This document shows positions 1-7,616 of a stretch of DNA of 64,000 bases, in pieces. The stretch is from Gammaproteobacteria bacterium (lineage in GTDB: Bacteria > Pseudomonadota > Gammaproteobacteria > Natronospirales > REEB76). The position numbers and the translations under genes are program-made. Position 1 is the stretch's first letter. Each line of letters opens with the position of its first letter. The stretch is from the NCBI GenBank assembly GCA_035279405.1, contig DATEHU010000026.1, positions 194,147 to 258,146 of the forward strand, read 5' to 3'. The notes beneath the pieces were generated by a model. The model was not told the DNA's origin. It saw nothing but the letters and a program-made list of their open reading frames with translations, and ran no database searches.

Positions 1-741
1 GTGATCGTGGCGGTATAGGTCGCGCCTGCCGTCAACAGACCCGCCGGTTTAAACACTGCGGTTCTGGATCCGGCTATATAGCTTACGGTGCCTGTGGGAG
101 ACACACACGAGCCCGCGCAAGTCACCGTAAAACTGGCCGCGGTGATCGTTGTTGGATCCATGTCCTCGGTGAACACCGCCGTAATCGCCGTGTTGGTGGG
201 CACATTGGCTGTTGGACCCGGACTGGTCGTAGCCGGAGCGGTAAGCGTCACTCTTGGCCGGGTCGTATCCGGCGTGTCACCGGTAGTGAAATGCCACACG
301 AAGGGGCGCGCCAATGGCAAACCCGTAGCAAGGCTTTGGGCGCCGGTAATGGTCACCGTATAGAGGGTGAGTGGCGCAAGAGTGGTTCCGGCGGTGAGCG
401 TATAAACGGCAGTTCGGCCGGTGGCATCAAGCGCCACGTTCCCGGTGGGGTTAGTGCAGGGTCCGGAGCATGTCACGACAAAGCTCGCGCCACTCGCGGT
501 AATCGCCGCCATTGGCTCGCTGAATGTGGCATTGATAATGGTGTTGTTGATGGGAACGCCCGTTGCATCATTGATCGGCGCGACGGCGGTCACGGTCGGC
601 GCAAGTGCGACACCGCCGTGTAAACCAAGGATGGGGCTTTGACCTTCATTGCCGGGGCATCCTGCCAGCAAGGCGCACACCAGAATTGCTGCCGGCCACA
701 ACAGAAACTCGCCGTAACTCTTGATTCTGATCATTTTCATC
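1..741 (-). CDS. Ig-like (SbsA/Big_5-type) repeat lipoprotein, partial (C-terminus lies beyond the window edge)
   Basis: My own minus-strand translation from ATG at 739-741 gives MKMIRIKSYGEFLLWPAAILVCALLAGCPGNEG (signal peptide plus lipobox LLAGC). At least two ~100-aa repeats follow, of the form P.V..V.P...ATGVP.NT.I.A.F.E.M....I....F.VTC......G.V......TAV..P...L...T.YT.TI. The frame is open to position 1. It is absent from the ORF track because it runs off the edge. Confidence 0.75.
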
Positions 742-1033
742 TCCACCTTAGTGAATAACCAGAAGAGAAGGCTGCATTAAGTTTCACCTATGCATGCCCG
801 CAACAGCAACGCTGCTGCTCTTTACATCAATGTGTATAAACCAACGTAAGTGCAAGCCTCCCACATTTCTGCAGGAAGCTCTGTGCGGTAGCGAACACAA
901 GACCCAAAACACCTGACCGAAGACCGCCGCGACGACCGCAAAGTGCCGTTGCCACCGGCGTCTTGCCAGAGGCAACCGGGCCGTGCCCGGCCTTACCCGA
1001 AGATTCCGTTCCGGGATCCGTGGCCGGATACGT

Positions 1034-1207
1034 CTACGAGGTTGACGCCGTCATGAAATCAGTAGCCGGTGCCGACGGCCCGGTGGTCACCGGCGGAGCC
1101 GGCTGCTCGCCCTGTTGACCCTTAACTGTCAGATCATCCGTGACGGACTTCACACCCGCCACGCCTTGTGCGGCCTGGACCGCCCCGTCAATCTGTTGTG
1201 CGGCTTG
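1034..1207 (-). pseudogene. Possible remnant of a BON (OsmY-like) domain gene
   Basis: The track ORF 1034..1273(-) after the G-tract reads QAAQQIDGAVQAAQGVAGVKSVTDDLTVKG. This resembles the C-terminal half of a BON domain (A...A..V.GV..V.D.L.V). No frame upstream contains an N-terminal half, signal peptide or RBS. Confidence 0.2.
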
Positions 1208-1218
1208 CCCCCCCCCCC
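1208..1218. repeat. Homopolymeric C11 (G11 on minus strand) tract
   Basis: Counted directly: ...cggcttg ccccccccccc gatatattattttt... It is the longest homopolymer I saw in the window. It lies 90 bp upstream of the ATG at 1308, next to the only AT-rich patch of this intergenic region. Confidence 0.95.
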
Positions 1219-1307
1219 GATATATTATTTTTACGCAACCTTGGATTGCGCGGATGTTGTTGTTCACATGCAAGGATTCGAGTTGCGGCCTGATCGGAAC
1301 ACCCAGA

Positions 1308-2033
1308 ATGCCTGTGGGAGAAGCTCATAGTCCTAAAGAGAACCTGCTGCTGAACGCCCTGCCGGCAGACGGCTACGCGCGCCTGCAGCCCCAGTTGCAA
1401 CTGACCCCGCTGCCGCTGGGCGAATCCGTCTATGAATCCGGCAACGAGATGACACACATGTTTTTCCCCGTGGACAGCATCATTTCACTGCTGTATGTCA
1501 TGGCCAACGGCGCTTCCGCGGAAATCGCCGTGACAGGCTATGAGGGACTGGTGGGGATCTCGCTGTTCATGGGCGGGCGCAGTACGCCCAACCGCGCCGT
1601 GGTGCAAAGCGCCGGCCACGCTTACCGGCTGCCCTCCGAGGTGGTGCGTCACGAGTTTGACAACAACCCGCCATTCCAGCATCTCATGCTGCGTTACACC
1701 CAGGCGCTGCTCACCCAGACCGCGCAGACGGCGGTCTGCAATCGTCATCATAGCGTCGAACAGCAACTGTGCCGCTGGCTGTTGCTGAGCTTTGATCGTC
1801 TGCGCACGAACGAGCTGCACATGACGCAGGAACTCATCGCCAACATGCTGGGGGTGCGCCGCGAAGGCGTGACCGAAGCCGCCGGACACCTGCAGACGGC
1901 CGGTCTGATCCATTACAGCCGCGGTCACATCACGATGCTGAATAGATCCGGCCTGGAAGTGCGCGTGTGCGAATGCTACCGCGTCGTCAAGCAGGAATAC
2001 GACCGGCTGCTGCCGAACACGACCTCACTCTGA
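1308..2033 (+). CDS. Crp/Fnr-family transcriptional regulator (cNMP-binding-like domain plus HTH)
   Basis: Track ORF 1140..2033 trimmed to ATG 1308 (MPVGEAHSPKENLLLNALP). It has a beta-barrel region (GESVYESGNEMTHMFFPVDSIISL) and a C-terminal Crp-type HTH (MTQELIANMLGVRREGVTEAAGHLQTAGLI). It is a paralogue of 3908..4639, with about half of positions identical by eye. Confidence 0.85.
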   Translation: MPVGEAHSPKENLLLNALPADGYARLQPQLQLTPLPLGESVYESGNEMTHMFFPVDSIISLLYVMANGASAEIAVTGYEGLVGISLFMGGRSTPNRAVVQSAGHAYRLPSEVVRHEFDNNPPFQHLMLRYTQALLTQTAQTAVCNRHHSVEQQLCRWLLLSFDRLRTNELHMTQELIANMLGVRREGVTEAAGHLQTAGLIHYSRGHITMLNRSGLEVRVCECYRVVKQEYDRLLPNTTSL

Positions 2034-2109
2034 CTCAACAAACTGCATAGGCAACTGCTCCCACAATTCCGACTGCGGTAATAACGCTGCCTGCCAGAGC
2101 AGGCACGCT

Positions 2110-2219
2110 GTCTGCAACCGGCGCCATACGCTCGAGCAGCAATTGTGCCGTTGGGTGCTGCTGAGCATTGACCGCCTGCCCAGCAACGAGATGCAGTGGC
2201 GGGTCCGATCATTGCCAAT
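2110..2219 (+). pseudogene. Remnant of a third Crp/Fnr-family gene (HTH-proximal segment only)
   Basis: The ~110 nt gtctgcaacc...ctcgagcagcaattgtgccgttgggt...ctgagcattgaccg.ctgccc...gacgagatg align to 4322..4432 of the downstream paralogue. I count about 85% identity over the first 90 nt. The fragment would encode AVCNRRHTLEQQLCRWVLLSIDRLPSNEM and then loses frame. It has no start codon or N-terminal domain. Confidence 0.7.
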
Positions 2220-2280
2220 TCGGATATCGTTACACCTGCAATTGAGAGCAAGAGAAAACCTGCCACTGGCAAATTATTTT

Positions 2281-2454
2281 GCTTAGAACGTCTAACAAAA
2301 TGATAGATGCCAAATACACTCGCTTATGGCCGGGCGGGTCAGGAGCGACGGTCCCTGTGGGAGCGACCGTCGCGGCCACGATAAGACTGGAATCGCGGCG
2401 AATATCACCGCTCCCACAGAGAGTCGTTTATCATTTTGTTAGATGCTCTTAAGC
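2281..2454. mobile_element. MITE-like element (~174 bp) with terminal inverted repeats and an internal REP-like hairpin
   Basis: The left end is gcttagaacgTCTAACAAAATGATAga. The right end is ttTATCATTTTGTTAGAtgctcttaagc. The core is a perfect 15-bp inverted repeat, with similar gctta(a)ga tips. An internal inverted repeat ctgtgggagcg (2355-2365) / cgctcccacag (2409-2419) is present. There is no coding capacity. Confidence 0.55.
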
Positions 2455-2462
2455 AGATTTCG

Positions 2463-3683
2463 TCAAACCGGTCGCAGCGTAAACCCACGCAGACGTTGCG
2501 CAAATTCACGCAACGTAGCGATATGCGCGTTTTCCGCCTGCGCGCACCAATCCTTGAACTGTTGCAATAGACTTTCATTCGACAGCGTGTTGTTTTCCCA
2601 TAGTGCCTGCAACCGACGGCGGAACTCATATACGGTGCGCAACCGCGGGCTGCGTGCCAATGTCTCCTGCAGACGCGTGCGGCCGCGCGCATCCAAAAGC
2701 GTCTCGTCACGTGTCAGCAAGCGACGTGCATGCGCGAGCCACCCGCGACCCTCAAGGCCGGCGTTCTGTCTCTCAGTTTCGACCGCTGGACGGATGACCT
2801 CGCGGATGTACTTACGCAATACGTGCATGCGGTTTACGATGACCGCTTGCACTGTGTCGACGCTCACCGGTCCGTGGCGCGCGACGATCACGGGCTCCGG
2901 CGCCACACGTCTTACCTTGACCAGACGCAGTTTTTCCAGCATACGAATGTAGCTCCAACCAAGGTCGAATTCCCACGGCTGCTGTGAGAATTTCGCAGAG
3001 CTCGGAAAGGCATGATGGTTGTTGTGCAACTCTTCGCCGCCGATGATGATGCCCCAGGGTACAACATTGGTGGCAGCGTCTTTACACTCGAAATTGCGAT
3101 AACCGGCATAATGGCCGACGCCGTTCACCACGCCAGCGGCCAGCACCGGAATTGCCAGCATTTGGACCGCCCACAGCGTAATGCCCGGCAAGCCGAGCAG
3201 TAGCAAATCAACGACCAACAGCAAGCCGATACCGAGCTGGCTGTGCCGGCTGTACAGGTGCCGCTCCATCCAGTCATCCACGGTACCGCGTCCATATTGG
3301 GCAATCGTTTCAGGATGCGCCGCCTCGGCGCGATACAACTCGGCGCCCTCCAGCAGCACTTTGAGGAGACCCTTGACGCGCGGACTGTGCGGGTCATCCT
3401 TGGTTTCGCAGCAGGCGTGATGTTTGCGATGTACCGCCACCCATTCACGCGTGACCATGCCGGTGGTCAGCCACAACCAGAAGCGGAACACATGCCGCAC
3501 CGCGGGGTGCAACTCCAGGCCACGATGGGTCTGATCGCGGTGTAAAAACAGGGTAACCGAGACGATCGTGAGGTGGATAAAGACAGGGGCGATCACGAAT
3601 GCAGCCCAGACAGGTAAACCAAAAAGCCCGTGGATCATGAACATGTGAGAAACCTCAAAGGCTACCTCTCGCGAGCCAAACAC
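2463..3683 (-). CDS. desA: Membrane fatty-acid (acyl-CoA/acyl-lipid) desaturase, DesA-like, with C-terminal helical tail
   Basis: Three histidine boxes are present: HRDQTH, HRKHH and HNNHH. There are N-terminal TM helices (LFGLPVWAAFVIAPVFIHLTIVSVTLFL). The start is uncertain; alternative ATGs are at 3644 and 3638. Confidence 0.85.
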   Translation of the reverse strand: MFGSREVAFEVSHMFMIHGLFGLPVWAAFVIAPVFIHLTIVSVTLFLHRDQTHRGLELHPAVRHVFRFWLWLTTGMVTREWVAVHRKHHACCETKDDPHSPRVKGLLKVLLEGAELYRAEAAHPETIAQYGRGTVDDWMERHLYSRHSQLGIGLLLVVDLLLLGLPGITLWAVQMLAIPVLAAGVVNGVGHYAGYRNFECKDAATNVVPWGIIIGGEELHNNHHAFPSSAKFSQQPWEFDLGWSYIRMLEKLRLVKVRRVAPEPVIVARHGPVSVDTVQAVIVNRMHVLRKYIREVIRPAVETERQNAGLEGRGWLAHARRLLTRDETLLDARGRTRLQETLARSPRLRTVYEFRRRLQALWENNTLSNESLLQQFKDWCAQAENAHIATLREFAQRLRGFTLRPV

Positions 3684-3907
3684 AGCTTATGCCTTCCGTT
3701 CCGGCGGCTCTGCTCGCTAGCGCACATACAAACTACCTGTTACCTGCTAGGCTGCAAGCAGGCTCTCCTCTCGCATGTCCATTACATTGAGACATTTATC
3801 GGTGGGTCACGGATGTCACATCGGCACCGGTTTTGGCCGCACTGGATGCCATTGCGACTGCAGAAACGGACGCACCGCAGGTCTCATTATCCGGAGCGAT
3901 TCATCCC

Positions 3908-4639
3908 ATGTACGCAAGTCCGCAGGACAATTACCTGCTGAAGTCGTTGCCGGAAGAGGTGTATGCGCGTCTGCTGCCCGAGCTGGAACCAGTCCAGTTT
4001 TTCCTGGGCCAATCCGTGTACGAATCCGGCAATACCATGGAATACGTGTATTTCCCGGCGGACTGCATCGTGTCGCTTGTGCACCTCATGAACAACGACA
4101 CTTCGGCGGAAATCGCCATCGTGGGCTTCGAGGGCGTGGTGGGCATCTCGCTGTTCCTGGGCGGCGGAAGCGCCCCCAGCCGCGGAGTGGTGCAAAACGC
4201 CGGTACCGCCTATCGCTTGAAAGCCAGCAGGTTGAATGCCGAATTTGATGCGGGCGGCGGCTTTCAGAAAATACTGCTTTGCTATACCCAGGCGCTGATC
4301 GCGCAAATGTCGCAAACCGCGGTCTGCAACCGCCACCACACACTCGAGCAGCAATTGTGCCGTTGGGTACTCCTGAGCATTGACCGGCTGCCCACCGACG
4401 AGATGAAAATGACCGAACTGCTGGTAGCCAATATGCTTGGCATCCGGGACGGAGCCGTATCAAGCGTGGCTGAAAAACTGCAATTTGCACGCTTGATTCA
4501 GTATCGGCACGGCAATCTCAAGGTGCTCGACCGTACTGGCCTGGAAATCCTGGTCTGCGAATGCTATGACGTCGTGAAGAACGAATACCTGCGCCTGCTT
4601 CCGGGAATGGAGAATCACCAGCGTGTCGTTCCGCGGTAG
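3908..4639 (+). CDS. Crp/Fnr-family transcriptional regulator (paralogue of 1308..2033)
   Basis: Track ORF 3833..4639 trimmed to ATG 3908 (MYASPQDNYLLKSLPEEVYARLLP). It has the same architecture as 1308..2033. The HTH region reads MTELLVANMLGIRDGAVSSVAEKLQFARLI. Confidence 0.85.
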   Translation: MYASPQDNYLLKSLPEEVYARLLPELEPVQFFLGQSVYESGNTMEYVYFPADCIVSLVHLMNNDTSAEIAIVGFEGVVGISLFLGGGSAPSRGVVQNAGTAYRLKASRLNAEFDAGGGFQKILLCYTQALIAQMSQTAVCNRHHTLEQQLCRWVLLSIDRLPTDEMKMTELLVANMLGIRDGAVSSVAEKLQFARLIQYRHGNLKVLDRTGLEILVCECYDVVKNEYLRLLPGMENHQRVVPR

Positions 4640-4960
4640 AAACCGTGTCGCATACGGCGACGGTCTTTGACGCACGCACCCGGACAGATCCAGCGGCCCT
4701 TACGGCTGGTATCACCTGATCGTTACGGCCTCAATCAGAGTCCGATCATCCTGATGATCGAGGATCATCGCCGCCGCATGTTGTGGCGGCGATGCGCACC
4801 TGTTCCTACATCGTTTCCGGCCTGCAGCGAGCGAGGTTCCCCGGCGGCTGTCTGCCACCCTGTGCACCATCTGCATAATGCCGGCCGCGATAAGTGCCCT
4901 GACTGCTTGCGCAAAAATCGCGATTGCCGTCCTCCCCTGATTCCTGGCATGAATAGCCCA

Positions 4961-4992
4961 GGGAAAGGGAAATGGGGACGCTACCCTTTTCC
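4961..4992. repeat. REP-like palindromic unit (gggaaagggaaatggggacgctacccttttcc)
   Basis: An inverted, shorter copy lies at 5216..5241 (reverse complement gggaaaaggaaacggtaccctttttc). It shares gaaatgggg with the repeats that flank the RAYT gene at 6116 and 6934. Confidence 0.5.
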
Positions 4993-5088
4993 TCTAGATG
5001 GTGGCTTCGCCTGAACCATGATACCAGTGGCGACGGCGCCGACAGCTGCACCTACAAGCTGAGTGACGCGCTGGTTGTCTCAAAAGCC

Positions 5089-5195
5089 TAAGCCGCGGCT
5101 TTGCGCGCCAGCGCCTCCAGCTATACCTGCACCGAATTGATGCACCGCTCGGGATCGTTCAGGTCCATGAGAAAGCGCAGACGGTTGCTGCTGGA
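5089..5195 (-). pseudogene. Duplicated 3'-terminal fragment of mfd (last ~35 codons including a stop)
   Basis: The segment aligns to 7617..7724, the real mfd 3' end. I count about 92/100 identical bases. The fragment still reads ...LEALARKAAA-stop on the minus strand but has no upstream gene body. Confidence 0.85.
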
Positions 5196-5215
5196 TTGAC
5201 CGGCTCACGGCATCA

Positions 5216-5241
5216 GAAAAAGGGTACCGTTTCCTTTTCCC
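5216..5241. repeat. REP-like palindromic unit, inverted copy of 4961..4992
   Basis: See 4961..4992. The two units flank the mfd fragment. Confidence 0.5.
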
Positions 5242-5321
5242 TCATGTGGTGCCCAATGCCCGACATCAGCGGCGTATGCCCACGTAGCGGGGGGCTGTCG
5301 GCTGTAGCGCATCCTTCGGCG

Positions 5322-5747
5322 TCACTTTGGAGCCGCCAGGACTAAGCCGTAATTTGTCATGACAGCCAGAAGGGCAGCTTTGTCCGGCGGACCACCCGCA
5401 TTGACTACAGCAGCAACGTCTCTGAAATATTGAGCACCGATATCCGGCGACTGCATGATTAGTGCTCTTGCAGTGGTAGCGAAAGGATTTGCGAAGGCAT
5501 GAGCGACACCCTTCGGGGTGCTCATGCTTTGCCCCACTGCAAGATCTCGCGTTTCAGAGCCGACCGAGTATCGTAAAGTTCCTTCAAGAACATAGACGCA
5601 CTCTTCGTTGTTCGAATGACTGTGTGGAGGCGGTACATTCGAACCTGGTGGGACCGTTAACTCAAACACGCCTAGGCTTGAAGTGCTTGTTCCATCAACG
5701 ATGTATTTGATGCCGAGCTGGCCTACCTTGATCATAGATGAATCCAT
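5322..5747 (-). CDS. Cupin-domain protein
   Basis: Track ORF 5322..6071 trimmed to ATG 5747 (MDSSMIKVGQLGIKYIVDG). The cupin motifs are PPPHSHSNNEECVYVLEG and GVAHAF. The gene lies in locally low-GC DNA. Confidence 0.75.
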   Translation of the reverse strand: MDSSMIKVGQLGIKYIVDGTSTSSLGVFELTVPPGSNVPPPHSHSNNEECVYVLEGTLRYSVGSETRDLAVGQSMSTPKGVAHAFANPFATTARALIMQSPDIGAQYFRDVAAVVNAGGPPDKAALLAVMTNYGLVLAAPK

Positions 5748-5844
5748 GACTTTTCCCCCTGCGTGCAAGTAAGAAAGAAATAGCTTTGTAACACCCAATG
5801 CCGTAGGTAAGCGGCCGCGGAACGCGGTTCGCTTGAGTGAGTAG

Positions 5845-6099
5845 TTATGCGGCAGACTCGAGTTGCCAACCCGGGAACACAAGAACAGCCGGATGACAGC
5901 GCAGCGCAATGCCCAGCACCTTGGCACGCTCGACACCCAAGTTGACCCGGCCGGTTTCGATACTTGAGATCGTGGTCTGTGGAATACCACAGAGCGATGC
6001 CAGTTGATTCTGGCTGAGCCCCTGGAGCTCACGGATGATTCGGACCGACTCGCCGGGCGTGACATCCACACGTTTCTTGGCAGGACTGAATTTGTTCAT
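5845..6099 (-). CDS. XRE-family helix-turn-helix transcriptional regulator
   Basis: Track ORF 5845..6165 trimmed to ATG 6099 (MNKFSPAKKRVDVTPGESVRIIRELQGLSQNQLASLCGIPQTTISSIETGR). This is a typical HTH_3/XRE signature. Confidence 0.8.
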   Translation of the reverse strand: MNKFSPAKKRVDVTPGESVRIIRELQGLSQNQLASLCGIPQTTISSIETGRVNLGVERAKVLGIALRCHPAVLVFPGWQLESAA

Positions 6100-6115
6100 C
6101 TCAGCGTCTCCGAGA

Positions 6116-6934
6116 AGAAATGGGGTCAGAGCGAATATTGCCATCGGCCCAAGTCTATCACTCAAAATTCCCAGGTGATCGGCTTTGTTTTACTGGTCGT
6201 CCACGACGGCTAGGTTTGGCTCGACGCGCAAGGGCATTGTGAATGTGTTCCCTGAAGCGGTCGTTACCCAGCACAACCTCCTGATTCAGACATTCGCGGA
6301 TGGTCTGTAAGGTTGCCCCGTCGAGTTGCGTCCGAAGCAGCTCTCGGTAGGCCGTACAGCGAGACAATGGATCGGTGCCCAATGCAGTGTAAAGTTCGTG
6401 GGGAACAACGACCTCGTCCTTCTCATTAAAGGCATTGCGACGATAGCTTGACCACCGATATTCAGAGGGATCGGCCACCATTCCAGCCCGGACCGGATTC
6501 AGTTCAATATATCGGTAGCAGGTCAGCACATACCTTTCGGTTTCCACCAGACTTGCTTTATAGCGGCCTTCCCAGAGAGTGCCGGCGCGTCGATAACAGA
6601 AGTTGAAGTACTGAACATACCGCCGGCCGATATGCTGCATAAAGCGAGAGAGCGTGTCCTTTTGGGAAGGCGTCACCAAGAGGTGGGCGTGATTGGTCAT
6701 CAAGACATAGGCATGCACCGTACAGCCGTATCGTCTGGATGCAGCGCGTACACATTCGAGATAAAAGCGATAATCGCTGGTGGCCGCGAAACACGGTTGA
6801 CGATTGTTACCGCGTTGAATGACATGCTGCGGAACGCCGGGTAAGCAGAAGCGTGGCAGGCGCGCCATATACACATCCTTGTGTTTGATTCATGTTCTTA
6901 TTCTAGCTCCGATATTCGCTCTGACCCCATTTCT
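6116..6934. mobile_element. RAYT unit: Y1 HUH transposase gene flanked by a 23-bp inverted REP pair
   Basis: The sequence 6116..6138 (agaaatggggtcagagcgaatat) is the exact reverse complement of 6912..6934 (atattcgctctgaccccatttct). The two repeats bracket the CDS 6158..6874. Confidence 0.8.
6158..6874 (-). CDS. REP-associated tyrosine transposase (RAYT; IS200/IS605 Y1 HUH family)
   Basis: The N-terminus is LPRFCLPGVPQHVIQRGNNRQPCF. The HUH motif is in YVLMTNHAHLLV. The catalytic-Tyr helix is YRYIELNPVRAGMV. The size (238 aa) and flanking inverted REPs fit the family. Confidence 0.85.
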   Translation of the reverse strand: MYMARLPRFCLPGVPQHVIQRGNNRQPCFAATSDYRFYLECVRAASRRYGCTVHAYVLMTNHAHLLVTPSQKDTLSRFMQHIGRRYVQYFNFCYRRAGTLWEGRYKASLVETERYVLTCYRYIELNPVRAGMVADPSEYRWSSYRRNAFNEKDEVVVPHELYTALGTDPLSRCTAYRELLRTQLDGATLQTIRECLNQEVVLGNDRFREHIHNALARRAKPSRRGRPVKQSRSPGNFE

Positions 6935-6964
6935 CCCAGCTGATCGAATAGTTAGGCTTGCTTT

Positions 6965-7378
6965 TTAGGGAGTAGCGGCGCCAACCGTTTTGTTGAAGTC
7001 AAGCGCAGCATCCCATTGGTTTGGTACGCAACCAAAAATGTTGTCGCATGAGACCGAAACAACAATTTTATACTTGCCGTTCCCGATTGGCTCCTTGGTT
7101 ACTTGCACGGCAATGTTTGGGCTACCGTCTACGGAATTGTAGGTTTCAAGCAGGACGTCGGTTACCGTTTGAAGTTTATAGCCTGCGTTGTGAGCGATCC
7201 AAAGTTGGGCGGCATCCCACTTTGCCTTACAATCTACGTCGCTGGTGCATATTGGAGTTGTGCGCTCAAGCTCCGCTTGCTTTGCTTGGGTTTCGGCGGT
7301 TGGCGCAATTGCGCAGCCTGATGCAAGGGTGGCGAATAGAATACTTGCGGAAAAAACTAGGAACAGAGAACGAGTCAT
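6965..7378 (-). CDS. Hypothetical lipoprotein (four Cys in the mature part)
   Basis: The signal peptide and lipobox read MTRSLFLVFSASILFATLASGC. Mature-part cysteines occur in PICTSDVDCK and SCDNIFGC. Local GC is about 40-50%. I recognise no family. Confidence 0.6.
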   Translation of the reverse strand: MTRSLFLVFSASILFATLASGCAIAPTAETQAKQAELERTTPICTSDVDCKAKWDAAQLWIAHNAGYKLQTVTDVLLETYNSVDGSPNIAVQVTKEPIGNGKYKIVVSVSCDNIFGCVPNQWDAALDFNKTVGAATP

Positions 7379-7616
7379 AACATTCCCCTTCGTGAGTGAC
7401 GCGACTTAAAGCCCAACTATGTATCTGCCCCGGGACGGGGCCGACAATGTAATAGTCGCGCTCGCGCACCCGGCTGTCAATCGGAAAATTCCCAGTTCCA
7501 GTCAAACGCTTAGCCGATGTGGCACGGATGCTTATACCTTTACAGGGGAATCATAGGGCCAGACTCGTTGATTATTTAGCTGCGAGCCACGATGCATATG
7601 AGCGGATGGAAGTGAA

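Noticed and set aside
90-102. 13-mer tgcctgtgggaga shared between 90 and 1309, plus ctgtgggag in the MITE-like element
   Set aside because: Dozens of 13-mer repeats are expected by chance in a window of this size. The contexts are unrelated: coding sequence, a start codon region and a repeat.
1140-1307. N-terminal extensions of many track ORFs (for example 1140, 3833, 15678, 22067, 25528, 30939, 31813, 45376, 49818-50019, 5748-6071, 18541-19095)
   Set aside because: The extensions overlap upstream genes or intergenic repeats and have odd composition. An internal ATG or GTG gives the N-terminus typical of the family. It often also gives a 4-nt overlap or abutment with the preceding gene.
4667-5014. 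115-aa plus-strand ORF and overlapping minus-strand ORFs in the 4640-5320 gap
   Set aside because: There are no family signatures and no RBS. The ORFs run through REP-like palindromes (the GKGKWGRYPFPL artefact). The region is better explained as non-coding flank plus the mfd fragment.
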